Positions 54,284-63,342 of a DNA stretch of 64,000 nucleotides are shown here, in pieces. Below the pieces are notes generated by a model, which did no database searches, was not told the DNA's origin, and saw nothing but the letters and a program-made list of their open reading frames with translations. Positions within the stretch are counted from its first letter, which is position 1, and every line of letters starts with the position of its first letter. A program made the translations under genes and the position numbers. The stretch covers positions 12,407 through 76,406 of the forward strand of contig CAYYUG010000010.1 in assembly GCA_964474755.1 (NCBI GenBank). The letters run 5' to 3'. This stretch comes from an uncultured Rhodospirillaceae bacterium. GTDB taxonomy: Bacteria; Pseudomonadota; Alphaproteobacteria; UBA8366; GCA-2717185.

Positions 54284-54376
54284 GTTGGTTTGGCGCCAAA
54301 GGTGGCGCAGGTCATAATTCTAAAAATTGAAGAGCGGATAGGATCCTCTGTCCGCGACTAGGGAGAATTCGTTAGC

Positions 54377-55387
54377 ATGAAAGTGACGGTTTATGGCGCC
54401 GGCGCAATCGGCGGGCATTTGGGGGCGCATTTGAAGCGGCACGGCTGCGATGTCAGCCTTATCGCACGCGGTGCACATCTGGAGGCGATGCGAACGAACG
54501 GTCTGAAGCAGATCACCAAAGATGGGGAATTCATCACCCATCCGCACGTCACCGACGACCCTGCAACATTAGGACCGCAGGATTATGTGGTGATGTCTTT
54601 GAAATCTTATCAGGCGCCGGGTGTGGTTGATGCGCTTCAGCCGCTGCTTGGACCCGATACGGTTGTGGCGACGGCAATGAATGGGATCCCTTGGTGGTAT
54701 TTCTACAAATTGCGGGGCCCTTGGGAGAACTACCGCGTTAAGGCAGTCGATCCCGACGACAAGCAATGGAATGGTATCGGGCCAGAACGCGCAATTGGCT
54801 GCATCACCTATGTTGCTAGCGAGGTGGTCGAGCCAGGCGTAGTAAAATCCGCCGGCACGTCGTTCCGGTACCAAATTGGCGAGCCAGACGGTGCGGAGTC
54901 AGAACGCTGCAAGCGCTTCCAGGAAGTCGTTGATGCGTCTGGGATCACCTGTCAAATCCGCCCGGAAATCCGCAAGGACATATGGGTCAAACTGATGGGC
55001 AATATGGCCTATAATCCAACCAGTGCGCTAACCCTCGCCCATGCGGGAGCGATGGTGGAAGATGCTGATATGGAGGCGCTGCTGCGCCGCTTGATGGCAG
55101 AAGTAATCTCGATCGGCACCGCTTTAGGCGCTAACCCGAACGCATCGATTGATGCTCGCATCGAGGGTACGCGAGAGGGTGCAGCGTTCCACAAGACCTC
55201 AATGCTGCAGGATCTGGAGCGCGGGCGTCAGATGGAAATTTCTCCTATCGTTGGCGCGGCGGCGGAGCTGGCGCGTTTGGCCGGCGTCGAAACGCCGACG
55301 GTTGATACGGTTCTCGCACTTGTGCAATTGCGTGCGCAGATGACCGGACAACTTCCGGGTGCCCCTGCTATCAAAGTGCCGGCGTAG
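54377..55387 (+). CDS. ketopantoate reductase family oxidoreductase, paralogue C
   Basis: MKVTVYGAGAIGGHLG Rossmann motif, LKSYQ and TSMLQDLERGRQMEI C-terminal motif. Confidence 0.8.
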   Translation: MKVTVYGAGAIGGHLGAHLKRHGCDVSLIARGAHLEAMRTNGLKQITKDGEFITHPHVTDDPATLGPQDYVVMSLKSYQAPGVVDALQPLLGPDTVVATAMNGIPWWYFYKLRGPWENYRVKAVDPDDKQWNGIGPERAIGCITYVASEVVEPGVVKSAGTSFRYQIGEPDGAESERCKRFQEVVDASGITCQIRPEIRKDIWVKLMGNMAYNPTSALTLAHAGAMVEDADMEALLRRLMAEVISIGTALGANPNASIDARIEGTREGAAFHKTSMLQDLERGRQMEISPIVGAAAELARLAGVETPTVDTVLALVQLRAQMTGQLPGAPAIKVPA

Positions 55388-55394
55388 CCGGAGC

Positions 55395-56144
55395 ATGGTC
55401 ATGAACAATAAAGCTTCTGAACTCCTCAAAGGCATTAAACTTAAACGCGGACCAGACCAACACACCTTTACTGCCATCGGCCGTTGCCCCCGCACTGGGC
55501 GGCTTGGAGTGGGGGTGACGACAGGTGAGATCGGTACTGGTGGGCGGGTTCCCTCAGTGATGGCAAATGTTGGTGCCGTAGGGACGCAGGCTTCAACCGA
55601 TCCGCGGCTCGGACCTCTTGCCATCAAGCTGCTGGAACTGGGCTATCCTGCATCTCGGGTAATGGCGGAACTCGAGGCTAGCGACCCTTATATAGAATAT
55701 CGACAGCTTGGCATTGTTGATCGGTTCGGCCGCACCGCTGTACGCACAGGCTCAAGCAACAATCCCTGGGCAGGGCACGAGACTGGGAATGGCTGGGTCG
55801 TAATGGGTAACGCTGTGGTCGATGAAGGGGTGGTCGCAGCGATGGCTAACGCTATGCGCGAGCATGAGGCAGAAGATATCGAGACCCGTCTGATGCATTC
55901 GATCAGCGCTGGTACCGACGCCGGCGGCCAGCCGGATGGTCAGCGTGCGGCGGCTATCTTAGTCCATGAAAATGAAAGCTACGCAATCATCAATCTACGC
56001 GTTGATGATCATGATGAGCCAATGCAGGAACTGTGGCGGCTGTTTGAGAAGATGCGCCCACTGGTGCCATATTACCGGCAGCGGCCTGACGACCCAACGC
56101 TTGGCCGCGTCGTTGACTGGAAGAAGGAACAAGGGATTGATTGA
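55395..56144 (+). CDS. DUF1028-family (Ntn-hydrolase-like fold) protein
   Basis: HTFTAIGRCPRTGRLGVGVTTG corresponds to the family's usual extreme N-terminus (MTFSI.AR..). Here it is preceded by about 24 extra residues. An alternative ATG at 55401 has better GGAG spacing. Confidence 0.65.
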   Translation: MVMNNKASELLKGIKLKRGPDQHTFTAIGRCPRTGRLGVGVTTGEIGTGGRVPSVMANVGAVGTQASTDPRLGPLAIKLLELGYPASRVMAELEASDPYIEYRQLGIVDRFGRTAVRTGSSNNPWAGHETGNGWVVMGNAVVDEGVVAAMANAMREHEAEDIETRLMHSISAGTDAGGQPDGQRAAAILVHENESYAIINLRVDDHDEPMQELWRLFEKMRPLVPYYRQRPDDPTLGRVVDWKKEQGID

Positions 56145-56629
56145 TCCGACGCAGTCTAATGTGAAAGTAGCGCCGGATTTTTATTTCTTGGAGCACATCC
56201 TTCATCATTCTGCTAAAGATTTATTCCCTTAGCTGCTAACCCGTAATTCCCGCCAAAAGGCCCTCGTGCTCGATCCAGTAGCTTCTATTGGTCCAGCCGG
56301 TTCGTTCAATAACTGCCTAAAAGCTTTCTTGGATGGGCTTTTAGCTGCGCTTCCAAGCGTCCACGGACGACATCGGAGGATGAAGGCGGCATAGACGTGA
56401 CTGAGTGAACGACCAACCTTGTGAAATTTCCTGCATGTCCAGCGCAATGCGCGACGGTTATTTTTTTGGAGATTAGATTGCTCACTGTCCGTCACGTGCA
56501 ACAGAATTTTTCGAAAGCCTATCCCTACTCCTCTGCGGTGTGCCGTATTAAGGGCGGGTGGTGCGATGTCCGAACCGACTTTGGTCAATTACTATCCTGT
56601 ATGGACCACGGCGAAGAAAGCGAGAACAC

Positions 56630-57682
56630 ATGATGAGGAAGCAGGTTTTCTACTTCAATTTCCTAACCAATCCGCAGGCATTCGAGAAAACCCTGACCCA
56701 GGATGGTGACATCGGATTGACGAAATTGACACATGATATGCCGGATACGGAAATCGACGCGGTGCTACAGCGAGCGCATGGCTATCAGATTCGTGGTAAT
56801 TGGCGCGATGTGCCGGACGATTATCGTGGTCATGCTGCCCTGATCGAGCGTTGTCCAAGTCTGTTGGCGATCTCGACCGGAGGTGCCGGTTACGATACGA
56901 TTCATGTAGACGATTGCACAGCGGCGGGTGTGCTAGCGGTTAGTCAGGCAGGAATGAACGCCGAAGCTGTTGCGGAGCATGCAGTTGGCATGATGCTGTC
57001 GTTGACCAAGAAGATTGCCCAAGTAAATCAGGCGCTGCGCCGCGACCGGGATTGGGTGCGTCGCGATTACATAAATAATGATATCTACGGCAAGACGCTG
57101 GGAATTGTGGGGCTGGGTCAGATAGGTACTCGAGTGGCTGAAATCTGCCGGCTTGCCTTTGGCATGACGATACTGGCAGTTCATCCACGTTTGACGGTGG
57201 AACAAGCGGCGCAGCGAGGCGCTAAGCTCGTGTCATTAGAAACCGCGCTGGAGAACAGCGACTTCCTGCTCGTTGCGTGCGGCCTTAATGATGAAACTCG
57301 CGGTCTTTTTGGTGCGGGTGAATTCGAGCGCATGAAGCCTACTGCCTATTTCGTCACCATCGGCCGCGGGGGTATCCATGACGAGGTGGCGCTGGCCGAT
57401 GCGCTTTCAGACGGTCAGTTAGCGGGAGCGGGACTTGACGTATGGATTGACGAACCGCCGCCACTCGATCATCCGCTGCTTAAATTTGATAATGTATTTG
57501 CCTCACCGCACATTGCCGCAATTACGCCGGAAAGTGCGTTGAAGGCGATGACCGAGGCGGCCAATCAGTGGCGGCTGATCCTGTCCGGTCGGCGTCCGCC
57601 TCGACTGGCCAACCCCGAGGCTTGGCCTGCTTTCAAAGAGCGCTTCCAGCGGATCATGGGCACACCGGCGGGAGAGGACTAA
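56630..57682 (+). CDS. D-isomer-specific 2-hydroxyacid dehydrogenase (NAD-binding)
   Basis: GIVGLGQIGTRVA NAD motif, a catalytic R..E..H region and a SPHIAA motif. Start at ATG 56630 or 56633; the ORF-track GTG at 56558 is upstream. Confidence 0.85.
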   Translation: MMRKQVFYFNFLTNPQAFEKTLTQDGDIGLTKLTHDMPDTEIDAVLQRAHGYQIRGNWRDVPDDYRGHAALIERCPSLLAISTGGAGYDTIHVDDCTAAGVLAVSQAGMNAEAVAEHAVGMMLSLTKKIAQVNQALRRDRDWVRRDYINNDIYGKTLGIVGLGQIGTRVAEICRLAFGMTILAVHPRLTVEQAAQRGAKLVSLETALENSDFLLVACGLNDETRGLFGAGEFERMKPTAYFVTIGRGGIHDEVALADALSDGQLAGAGLDVWIDEPPPLDHPLLKFDNVFASPHIAAITPESALKAMTEAANQWRLILSGRRPPRLANPEAWPAFKERFQRIMGTPAGED

Positions 57683-59076
57683 CCAACTACAACCGGATCG
57701 ATCTCGCCGATTATCCAACGCGCGATGGCAGTCATCCGAGCATCCTGGTGTGGCTGGCCCATCACCTGGGCGCCAACTGGCATGCCGCCTACACTCATCA
57801 TCGGCATGGTCACGCAGGGTGCGAACAGCATCGAACTCGGTGTGTTGAAAATCGCATCACCGGTTGGTCGTGGCGCCAGTGGTTGTCCTTGTATGTCACC
57901 TGGCCAAAGCGGCGCTGGGCCAGGACAACTTAGCGTGATGGCCGCGTCCGCCATGTTGCCGATCGCCGCATGGGCTCGCTGCGCGGCTTCGCGGGCCAGC
58001 AACGCCGTGCGGTAGTCGTCCGGTGACATCGCCTCCGCCTTGGCTAGGCCAGCCTTGGCGCGCTCGCTGACAAACTCTCCTTTCTGGTTGACTAAATTTC
58101 GCTGCGCCCAGCGGTTCTCCCAGGGCGTTATGTTACCGGTAATAGCGGGTGCATCGAATATCGTTTGTTCTAGCTTCTGGACAAGTGGATGATCGTTCCT
58201 GCGCAGCAAGGTTACGCCGGCGCCCTCTAGGTTTCCCAACAGCCCTTCGAAGGCGCCCTTGCTCTGGTCGTCAAGCATCGACCAGCCGGCGGTCTCCAGA
58301 ACGATCAGCGTGTCTGGTTTTGAGGCGACTGGCGCTGATGCTGGCCCAAACAAGCCGAGTGCTCCCCTATCGCCGCCGGCGCGTTTGGCAATTTCGATCG
58401 CCACCTGCCACATATCCTCAATGCAACCGGCATGCGTGCCGTGAGTGCTCATGCTTGTCGCCTGCCGTTCACCTCGGTTGATGCCACCTTGTGTCGGTTT
58501 TAACGCAACATTGCCGCAATAGGCAGCAGGTCGGATGATTGAGCCGCCGACCTGCGTACCGATGGCAGTTGGCACCATCCGCGCCGCCACTGCCGCGGCC
58601 GAGCCCGAGGAGGAGCCGCCTGGCGTGCGGGTAGTGTCGAAAGGGTTAGTGGTTGGCCCCGGGTGCGAACCGCCAAGTTCCGCAGTAACCGTCTTGCCCA
58701 GCACTACGGCACCCGCTTCGCGCAGAGCCCAGACTGCGGCGTTGTCATTTTTTGGGAAGTTGCCAGCATAAGCTTCGCAGCCCATCTGCGTCGGCATATC
58801 CTTAGTTTCCAGTAAATCCTTGATGCTGATCGGTAGCCCGTCGATCGCCGAAAGCGTCTTACCGTCCTTGTAGCGTTGGTTGCTGGCGTCCGCGGCTTCA
58901 CGAGCGCCGTCCTCGTTCAGCACCACATATGCTTTTACCTCCGGCTCGCGTTTGGCGATGGTCTCAAGACAGCGTTCCAGATAGGCACGCGGTGTGTCGG
59001 AGCCGTTCTGGAAAGCGGGTACCTTGTCGTGAAAGGTTAGTGCCTGAAAATTGCGTGGGTCGTAGCTGTCAGCCAT
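57679..59076 (-). CDS. amidase (amidase-signature family)
   Basis: GGSSSGSAAAVA signature sequence; 465 aa. Its stop overlaps the stop of the convergent 2-hydroxyacid dehydrogenase gene (CTAA). Confidence 0.9.
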   Translation of the reverse strand: MADSYDPRNFQALTFHDKVPAFQNGSDTPRAYLERCLETIAKREPEVKAYVVLNEDGAREAADASNQRYKDGKTLSAIDGLPISIKDLLETKDMPTQMGCEAYAGNFPKNDNAAVWALREAGAVVLGKTVTAELGGSHPGPTTNPFDTTRTPGGSSSGSAAAVAARMVPTAIGTQVGGSIIRPAAYCGNVALKPTQGGINRGERQATSMSTHGTHAGCIEDMWQVAIEIAKRAGGDRGALGLFGPASAPVASKPDTLIVLETAGWSMLDDQSKGAFEGLLGNLEGAGVTLLRRNDHPLVQKLEQTIFDAPAITGNITPWENRWAQRNLVNQKGEFVSERAKAGLAKAEAMSPDDYRTALLAREAAQRAHAAIGNMADAAITLSCPGPAPLWPGDIQGQPLAPRPTGDAIFNTPSSMLFAPCVTMPMMSVGGMPVGAQVMGQPHQDARMTAIARWIIGEIDPVVVG

Positions 59077-59187
59077 CGCTTGGTCTCCTTATACCATTTG
59101 CTGATCTTGGCAGGTAAGCGGTTGGGGTTCAACGTGGAGCGATGATTGGCTACAGTAAATAAAGCGCAATCAATCGGAGACTGATTT

Positions 59188-59592
59188 ATGTCCGCACGAC
59201 CAGCCCCTTTTAATGGCATTCGCCATGTCGCCTTTGTCGTACCAAACCTCGAGGAATGTGAAAAATTCTACACTGAGGTGATGGGTATGGAGATCTTGAA
59301 CCGCGCCAACGAAAACCTCGTTTATTTGACATGCGGTAACGATAATCTGTCACTCGCCCGCGCTAAGAATCCAACAGACGGTAAAAGCTGCTTCGATCAT
59401 TATGGCTTCATCGTTCGCTCTAAGGATGAGTTAGATGGCTGGTATGGCTACTTTAAGGCGGAAGGTGTTGAGGTTATGGACCAGCCGCACGATCACGCTG
59501 ATGGCGCGCGCAGCTTCCACGTCAAGGACCCCGCAGGCAACGTCATTCAGCCTATCTATCACCCTGCCATTTCCGGGCAGACGTTTAATTAG
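59188..59592 (+). CDS. VOC-family (glyoxalase/bleomycin resistance/extradiol dioxygenase fold) protein
   Basis: 134 aa. GIRHVAFVVPNLEECEKFYTEVMGM and a second beta-alpha-beta-beta-beta module. Confidence 0.8.
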   Translation: MSARPAPFNGIRHVAFVVPNLEECEKFYTEVMGMEILNRANENLVYLTCGNDNLSLARAKNPTDGKSCFDHYGFIVRSKDELDGWYGYFKAEGVEVMDQPHDHADGARSFHVKDPAGNVIQPIYHPAISGQTFN

Positions 59593-59595
59593 CGG

Positions 59596-60729
59596 CTATC
59601 GCGACAGCGCGCGACTGATCACCAGACGTTGAATGTCATTGGTGCCTTCGTAGATTTTGCAGACCCGTACGTCGCGGTAGATACGCTCCAATGGGTAGTC
59701 TTCTAGATAGCCGTAACCGCCGAGCGTCTGGATCGCGTCGGAACAGACTTTCTCTGCCATCTCGGAAGTTGCAACCTTTGCCATCGACGCCTCGATGAGA
59801 CAGGGTTGACCAGCATCGCGCAGAGCGGCGGCGTGCCAGACCAGTTGTCGTGCCGCCTCAATCTCCGTCGCCATGTCGGCGAGGCGAAAACCTACCGCCT
59901 GATGCTCGAAGATCGGTTTGCCCATGCTCTCCCGCTCTTGCGCGTAGGTGAGCGCGATTTCGAAGGCAGAACGCGCCATACCGACCGCCTGCGAAGCGAT
60001 ACCGATACGTCCGCTCTCCAGGTTTGCTAGCGCGATGCGGTAACCTTCGCCCTCTTCGGCAAGCCGGTTCTCTTCCGGAACCTCGACATTTTCCAGCACG
60101 ATTTGACAGGTGTCGGAAGCCCGCTGACCCAACTTTTTCTCAACCCGGGCAACGATATAGCCGGGATTGTCGGTAGGCACAATGAAGGCGCTGATACCGT
60201 GCTTACCCGTGTCTGGCCCAGTGCGCGCGAATACCAGAGCGATGTCTGCATTTTTCCCGGTAGTTACGAACTGTTTGGTGCCGTTCAAAATGTAATGTCC
60301 GTTCCGCCGCTCTGCCGTGGTTTTCAAGGTTGAGGCATCGGAGCCCGCATGCGGCTCTGTCAGGCAAAAGCAACTCAGAATTTTACCGCTGGCAAGGGCT
60401 GGAAGATATCGGTCTTGCTGATCTCTGTTGCCGTATTGGATAATCGGCAGGCAGCCGACGGAATTGTGCCCGCTGACTGCGGTAGATAGGCCGCCGCAGC
60501 CCGCAGCAATCTCCTCCAGCATTGCGGCGTAGGCGAGGTGGTCGGCACCAACGCCGCCCTTGTCGGCCGGCACCAGCATGCCAAGGAAACCAAGCCTGCC
60601 CATCTCAGCCATGGTGTCCCGCGAAAAATGACTGTCGCGGTCCCAGTCCGCGGCGTGCGGCAAGAGATGCTCGCGAGAGAAACGTGCCGCGGTATCGCGG
60701 ATCAGTGCCTGTTCTTCGTTCAGGAGCAT
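59596..60729 (-). CDS. acyl-CoA dehydrogenase
   Basis: 377 aa with ACAD N, middle and C domains (CLTEPHAGSD, YEGTNDIQRLVISR). Confidence 0.9.
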   Translation of the reverse strand: MLLNEEQALIRDTAARFSREHLLPHAADWDRDSHFSRDTMAEMGRLGFLGMLVPADKGGVGADHLAYAAMLEEIAAGCGGLSTAVSGHNSVGCLPIIQYGNRDQQDRYLPALASGKILSCFCLTEPHAGSDASTLKTTAERRNGHYILNGTKQFVTTGKNADIALVFARTGPDTGKHGISAFIVPTDNPGYIVARVEKKLGQRASDTCQIVLENVEVPEENRLAEEGEGYRIALANLESGRIGIASQAVGMARSAFEIALTYAQERESMGKPIFEHQAVGFRLADMATEIEAARQLVWHAAALRDAGQPCLIEASMAKVATSEMAEKVCSDAIQTLGGYGYLEDYPLERIYRDVRVCKIYEGTNDIQRLVISRALSR

Positions 60730-61748
60730 CAGTCGTCGAGCTTATAAGTTGTCACTGCGACGTCGTGATAGAGCTTTGCTTTTTCATCCGTGGAGTAGTT
60801 CACGGTCAGTCGCTTAAAAGAATTGTAGAGCACGTTATAACTGCAGCTCAGTTTATCGACCGGAAAGTTCGATTCAAACATGCAGCGGTCAACGCCGAAC
60901 TTTTCGATAGTGTATTCATAATACGGCCGGGTCGCCTCGCAGAGTTCCTCACTGGTTGGTGGTTTTGCTTTTTCGTGCCATGCGAAGCCGTTCACTTCCA
61001 TGTTGATGCCACCCAGCTTGGCGCGGACATTTTCGCATTGCGCAAGTTCTTCAATCGAACTCTGCCACGTCGCAAAGACCTCGTCTCCCTTTCCCTTATA
61101 GGGACCGATACCGATCGGGCTGCCGAAATGATCTAAGATGATAACCGTGTCCGGGAAAGCGCGGGCTAGATTGGTGACGTCGGGGATTTGTGGATGATAG
61201 CACCAGGCCTCATAGCTGAGGTTGCGGGGCGCCAGATGCTTGAAGCCGGCGCGAAAATCATTCCGCAGAACCATATCGCCGGGCGGGTTAGTGCGATGGT
61301 TCGCGACTTCCTTGTTATTGTCCCATGCCATACCAAGCCGAATGCCTTTGAACCGTCCACCGCCGGCGTCGATCTGTTTGTCCAACACATCGGCGGCAGC
61401 GTCGCCGATCTTTAGGTCACAGGTACCGATTATTCCCTGCGCCACCCGCGCGTCGCCATATAGGCCGGATGCGCTCATCGCGGCGATACCGCGCACGAAC
61501 TCGGTCTCTCCGATCGCCTTCATTGCCTCCGGCCCGTTGGTCTTGAACATAGCGCCGCATTCGATGAATACGGTGGAGACGATGTTGTGACCCGCATCAA
61601 GGTCTTCAAGGATTTCGTCCAGCAGGTAGCGCGGTTGGGTGTGCTCGGTCTTGAACTCCCACAGATGATGGTGCGGGTCGCAAATCGGCAGATCCGGTTC
61701 CAGGGTTTCCTCCACCGTCTGTGCTAGCCAATCGTCATGCGTGCCCAT
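60729..61748 (-). CDS. amidohydrolase-2 (ACMSD-like metal-dependent hydrolase/decarboxylase) family protein
   Basis: PICDPHHHLWEF metal-binding N-terminal motif in a TIM-barrel amidohydrolase_2 pattern. Its stop shares 1 nt with the ACAD ATG (TGATG). Confidence 0.8.
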   Translation of the reverse strand: MGTHDDWLAQTVEETLEPDLPICDPHHHLWEFKTEHTQPRYLLDEILEDLDAGHNIVSTVFIECGAMFKTNGPEAMKAIGETEFVRGIAAMSASGLYGDARVAQGIIGTCDLKIGDAAADVLDKQIDAGGGRFKGIRLGMAWDNNKEVANHRTNPPGDMVLRNDFRAGFKHLAPRNLSYEAWCYHPQIPDVTNLARAFPDTVIILDHFGSPIGIGPYKGKGDEVFATWQSSIEELAQCENVRAKLGGINMEVNGFAWHEKAKPPTSEELCEATRPYYEYTIEKFGVDRCMFESNFPVDKLSCSYNVLYNSFKRLTVNYSTDEKAKLYHDVAVTTYKLDD

Positions 61749-61864
61749 CGTCCACCTACTTTTGCTGTATAGCTTCGAATAATCACTGAAACCCTTTCAG
61801 GCCGCGCTGTCAAAGCGGCGGCGATCGGTTAGAGTGCATCGTCTATTACTGGTGAAGGGTTTTC

Positions 61865-63340
61865 ATGACTTCGGTAACGCTTAACGAAGTCCGACGTGGC
61901 TTCTATCTCGACTCGGTTGCGCTCATGCGGGTTGCGCGTACGGTCGCGGAAATGCAGGGCATAGAGGAAGCTGCGTTGATGATGGGGTCGCCTGCAAACC
62001 GTGATTTAATGCGAGATGCCGGAATATTGAGCGACGACGGAGAAGGGGCAGAGCCCAACGATCTCGTTATTGCGGTGCGGGCAGTGGATCGATCTGCGGC
62101 GGTGGCAGCGCTCGTGGAAGCTGCAAACCAAATCGACCGTCCGAAATTATCCAGCGACGCTGCCGTTTGGCGGCCAAAAACCTTGAGGCAGGCCGCTAAG
62201 ATGGCGCCCGAGGCAAACATAGCGCTCATTTCTGTGCCAGGTGACTTTGCGGTTGCAGAAGCGCGCAAAGCGCTTCGGCAGGGTCTTCACGCAATGATTT
62301 TTAGTGACAATATCCCGGTTGAGTCGGAACGTGCCCTTAAGGAAGAGGCCCGCGACGCGGGGTTGCTCGTCATGGGACCGGACTGTGGCACGGCAATCCT
62401 TGGCGGCGTGCCTCTCGCCTTTGCCAACTCCGTGCCTCGCGGCGACATTGGTATTATTGGTGCCTCCGGCACTGGCATCCAGGAGGTGAGCTGTCTAATA
62501 GCGCAAAACGGTGGCGGTATATCGCAGGCTATCGGCGTCGGTGGTCGCGACCTTTCGGCCGAGGTTGGTGGAATCACTACACTGATGGCGATAGATCAAT
62601 TGGATGCGGATCCGGCAACCGCCCATATCGTGCTGATTTCCAAGCCTCCGGCGGCGGATGTTGCAGAACGGGTAGCCGCGCACATCGCTAAAAGTCCAAA
62701 ATCCTTTACGGTCTGCTTTATTGGCAGTGATGTGCCGGCTCTGCCCAGCAATGCTGTCGCGGCCACGACCTTGAAGGGCGCTGCGATGCAAGCTTTGGGA
62801 GGTTTGGAGGACCAGTTCGTCACAACAGAAATTTCTTCGATTGGTGACCGAACGGTTCTCGGCCTATTTTCTGGTGGAACCTTATGCGCCGAGGCGCAGA
62901 TCATCTTCTGGGGAGGGGGCGAAGCCGTCGTGTCCAACGCGCCGGTGCCGAATGCAGGTCCGATTGCTTCGACTGGACACCGTTTCCTCGACCTCGGCAG
63001 CGATGAATATACGAAGGGCCGGCCGCACCCGATGATCGATCCCGGCGTGCGCGACACGCCCTTGGCGGCGGGGTTGCGGGATCCGGCAGTGGGCGCGGTG
63101 CTGCTGGATATCGTTATTGGCTATGGTGCGCACTACGATCCGGCTGGTCACCTCGCAGCGCAACTCCGCGCGCAGGCCCGGAATGAAACGCTTGTCATAG
63201 CCTCGGTAACGGGTACGGATAGTGATCCGCAAATTCGCAGTGTACAAGAATCCGCGCTGCGGTCCGTGGGCATTGCCGTTTTACCTTCGAATGCGGACGC
63301 TGCGGCCTACGCATTGGCCTGCCTTCGCGCGAGTGAGTGA
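61865..63340 (+). CDS. FdrA-family protein (succinyl-CoA-synthetase-alpha-like CoA-binding/ligase fold)
   Basis: Collinear by eye with E. coli FdrA (GFYLDSVALMR, MMGSPANRDLM, LLVMGPDCGTAILGGVPLAFAN, IGIIGASGTGIQE, GVGGRDLS, GRPHPMIDP). At 491 aa it is shorter than the E. coli protein at the C-terminus. Confidence 0.8.
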   Translation: MTSVTLNEVRRGFYLDSVALMRVARTVAEMQGIEEAALMMGSPANRDLMRDAGILSDDGEGAEPNDLVIAVRAVDRSAAVAALVEAANQIDRPKLSSDAAVWRPKTLRQAAKMAPEANIALISVPGDFAVAEARKALRQGLHAMIFSDNIPVESERALKEEARDAGLLVMGPDCGTAILGGVPLAFANSVPRGDIGIIGASGTGIQEVSCLIAQNGGGISQAIGVGGRDLSAEVGGITTLMAIDQLDADPATAHIVLISKPPAADVAERVAAHIAKSPKSFTVCFIGSDVPALPSNAVAATTLKGAAMQALGGLEDQFVTTEISSIGDRTVLGLFSGGTLCAEAQIIFWGGGEAVVSNAPVPNAGPIASTGHRFLDLGSDEYTKGRPHPMIDPGVRDTPLAAGLRDPAVGAVLLDIVIGYGAHYDPAGHLAAQLRAQARNETLVIASVTGTDSDPQIRSVQESALRSVGIAVLPSNADAAAYALACLRASE

Positions 63341-63342
63341 CC

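Noticed and set aside
56229-56588. 119-codon minus-strand ORF in the 486-bp gap upstream of the 2-hydroxyacid dehydrogenase gene.
   Set aside because: It is highly basic with no recognisable family, SD or supporting context. It could be a remnant of something, but I cannot support a call.
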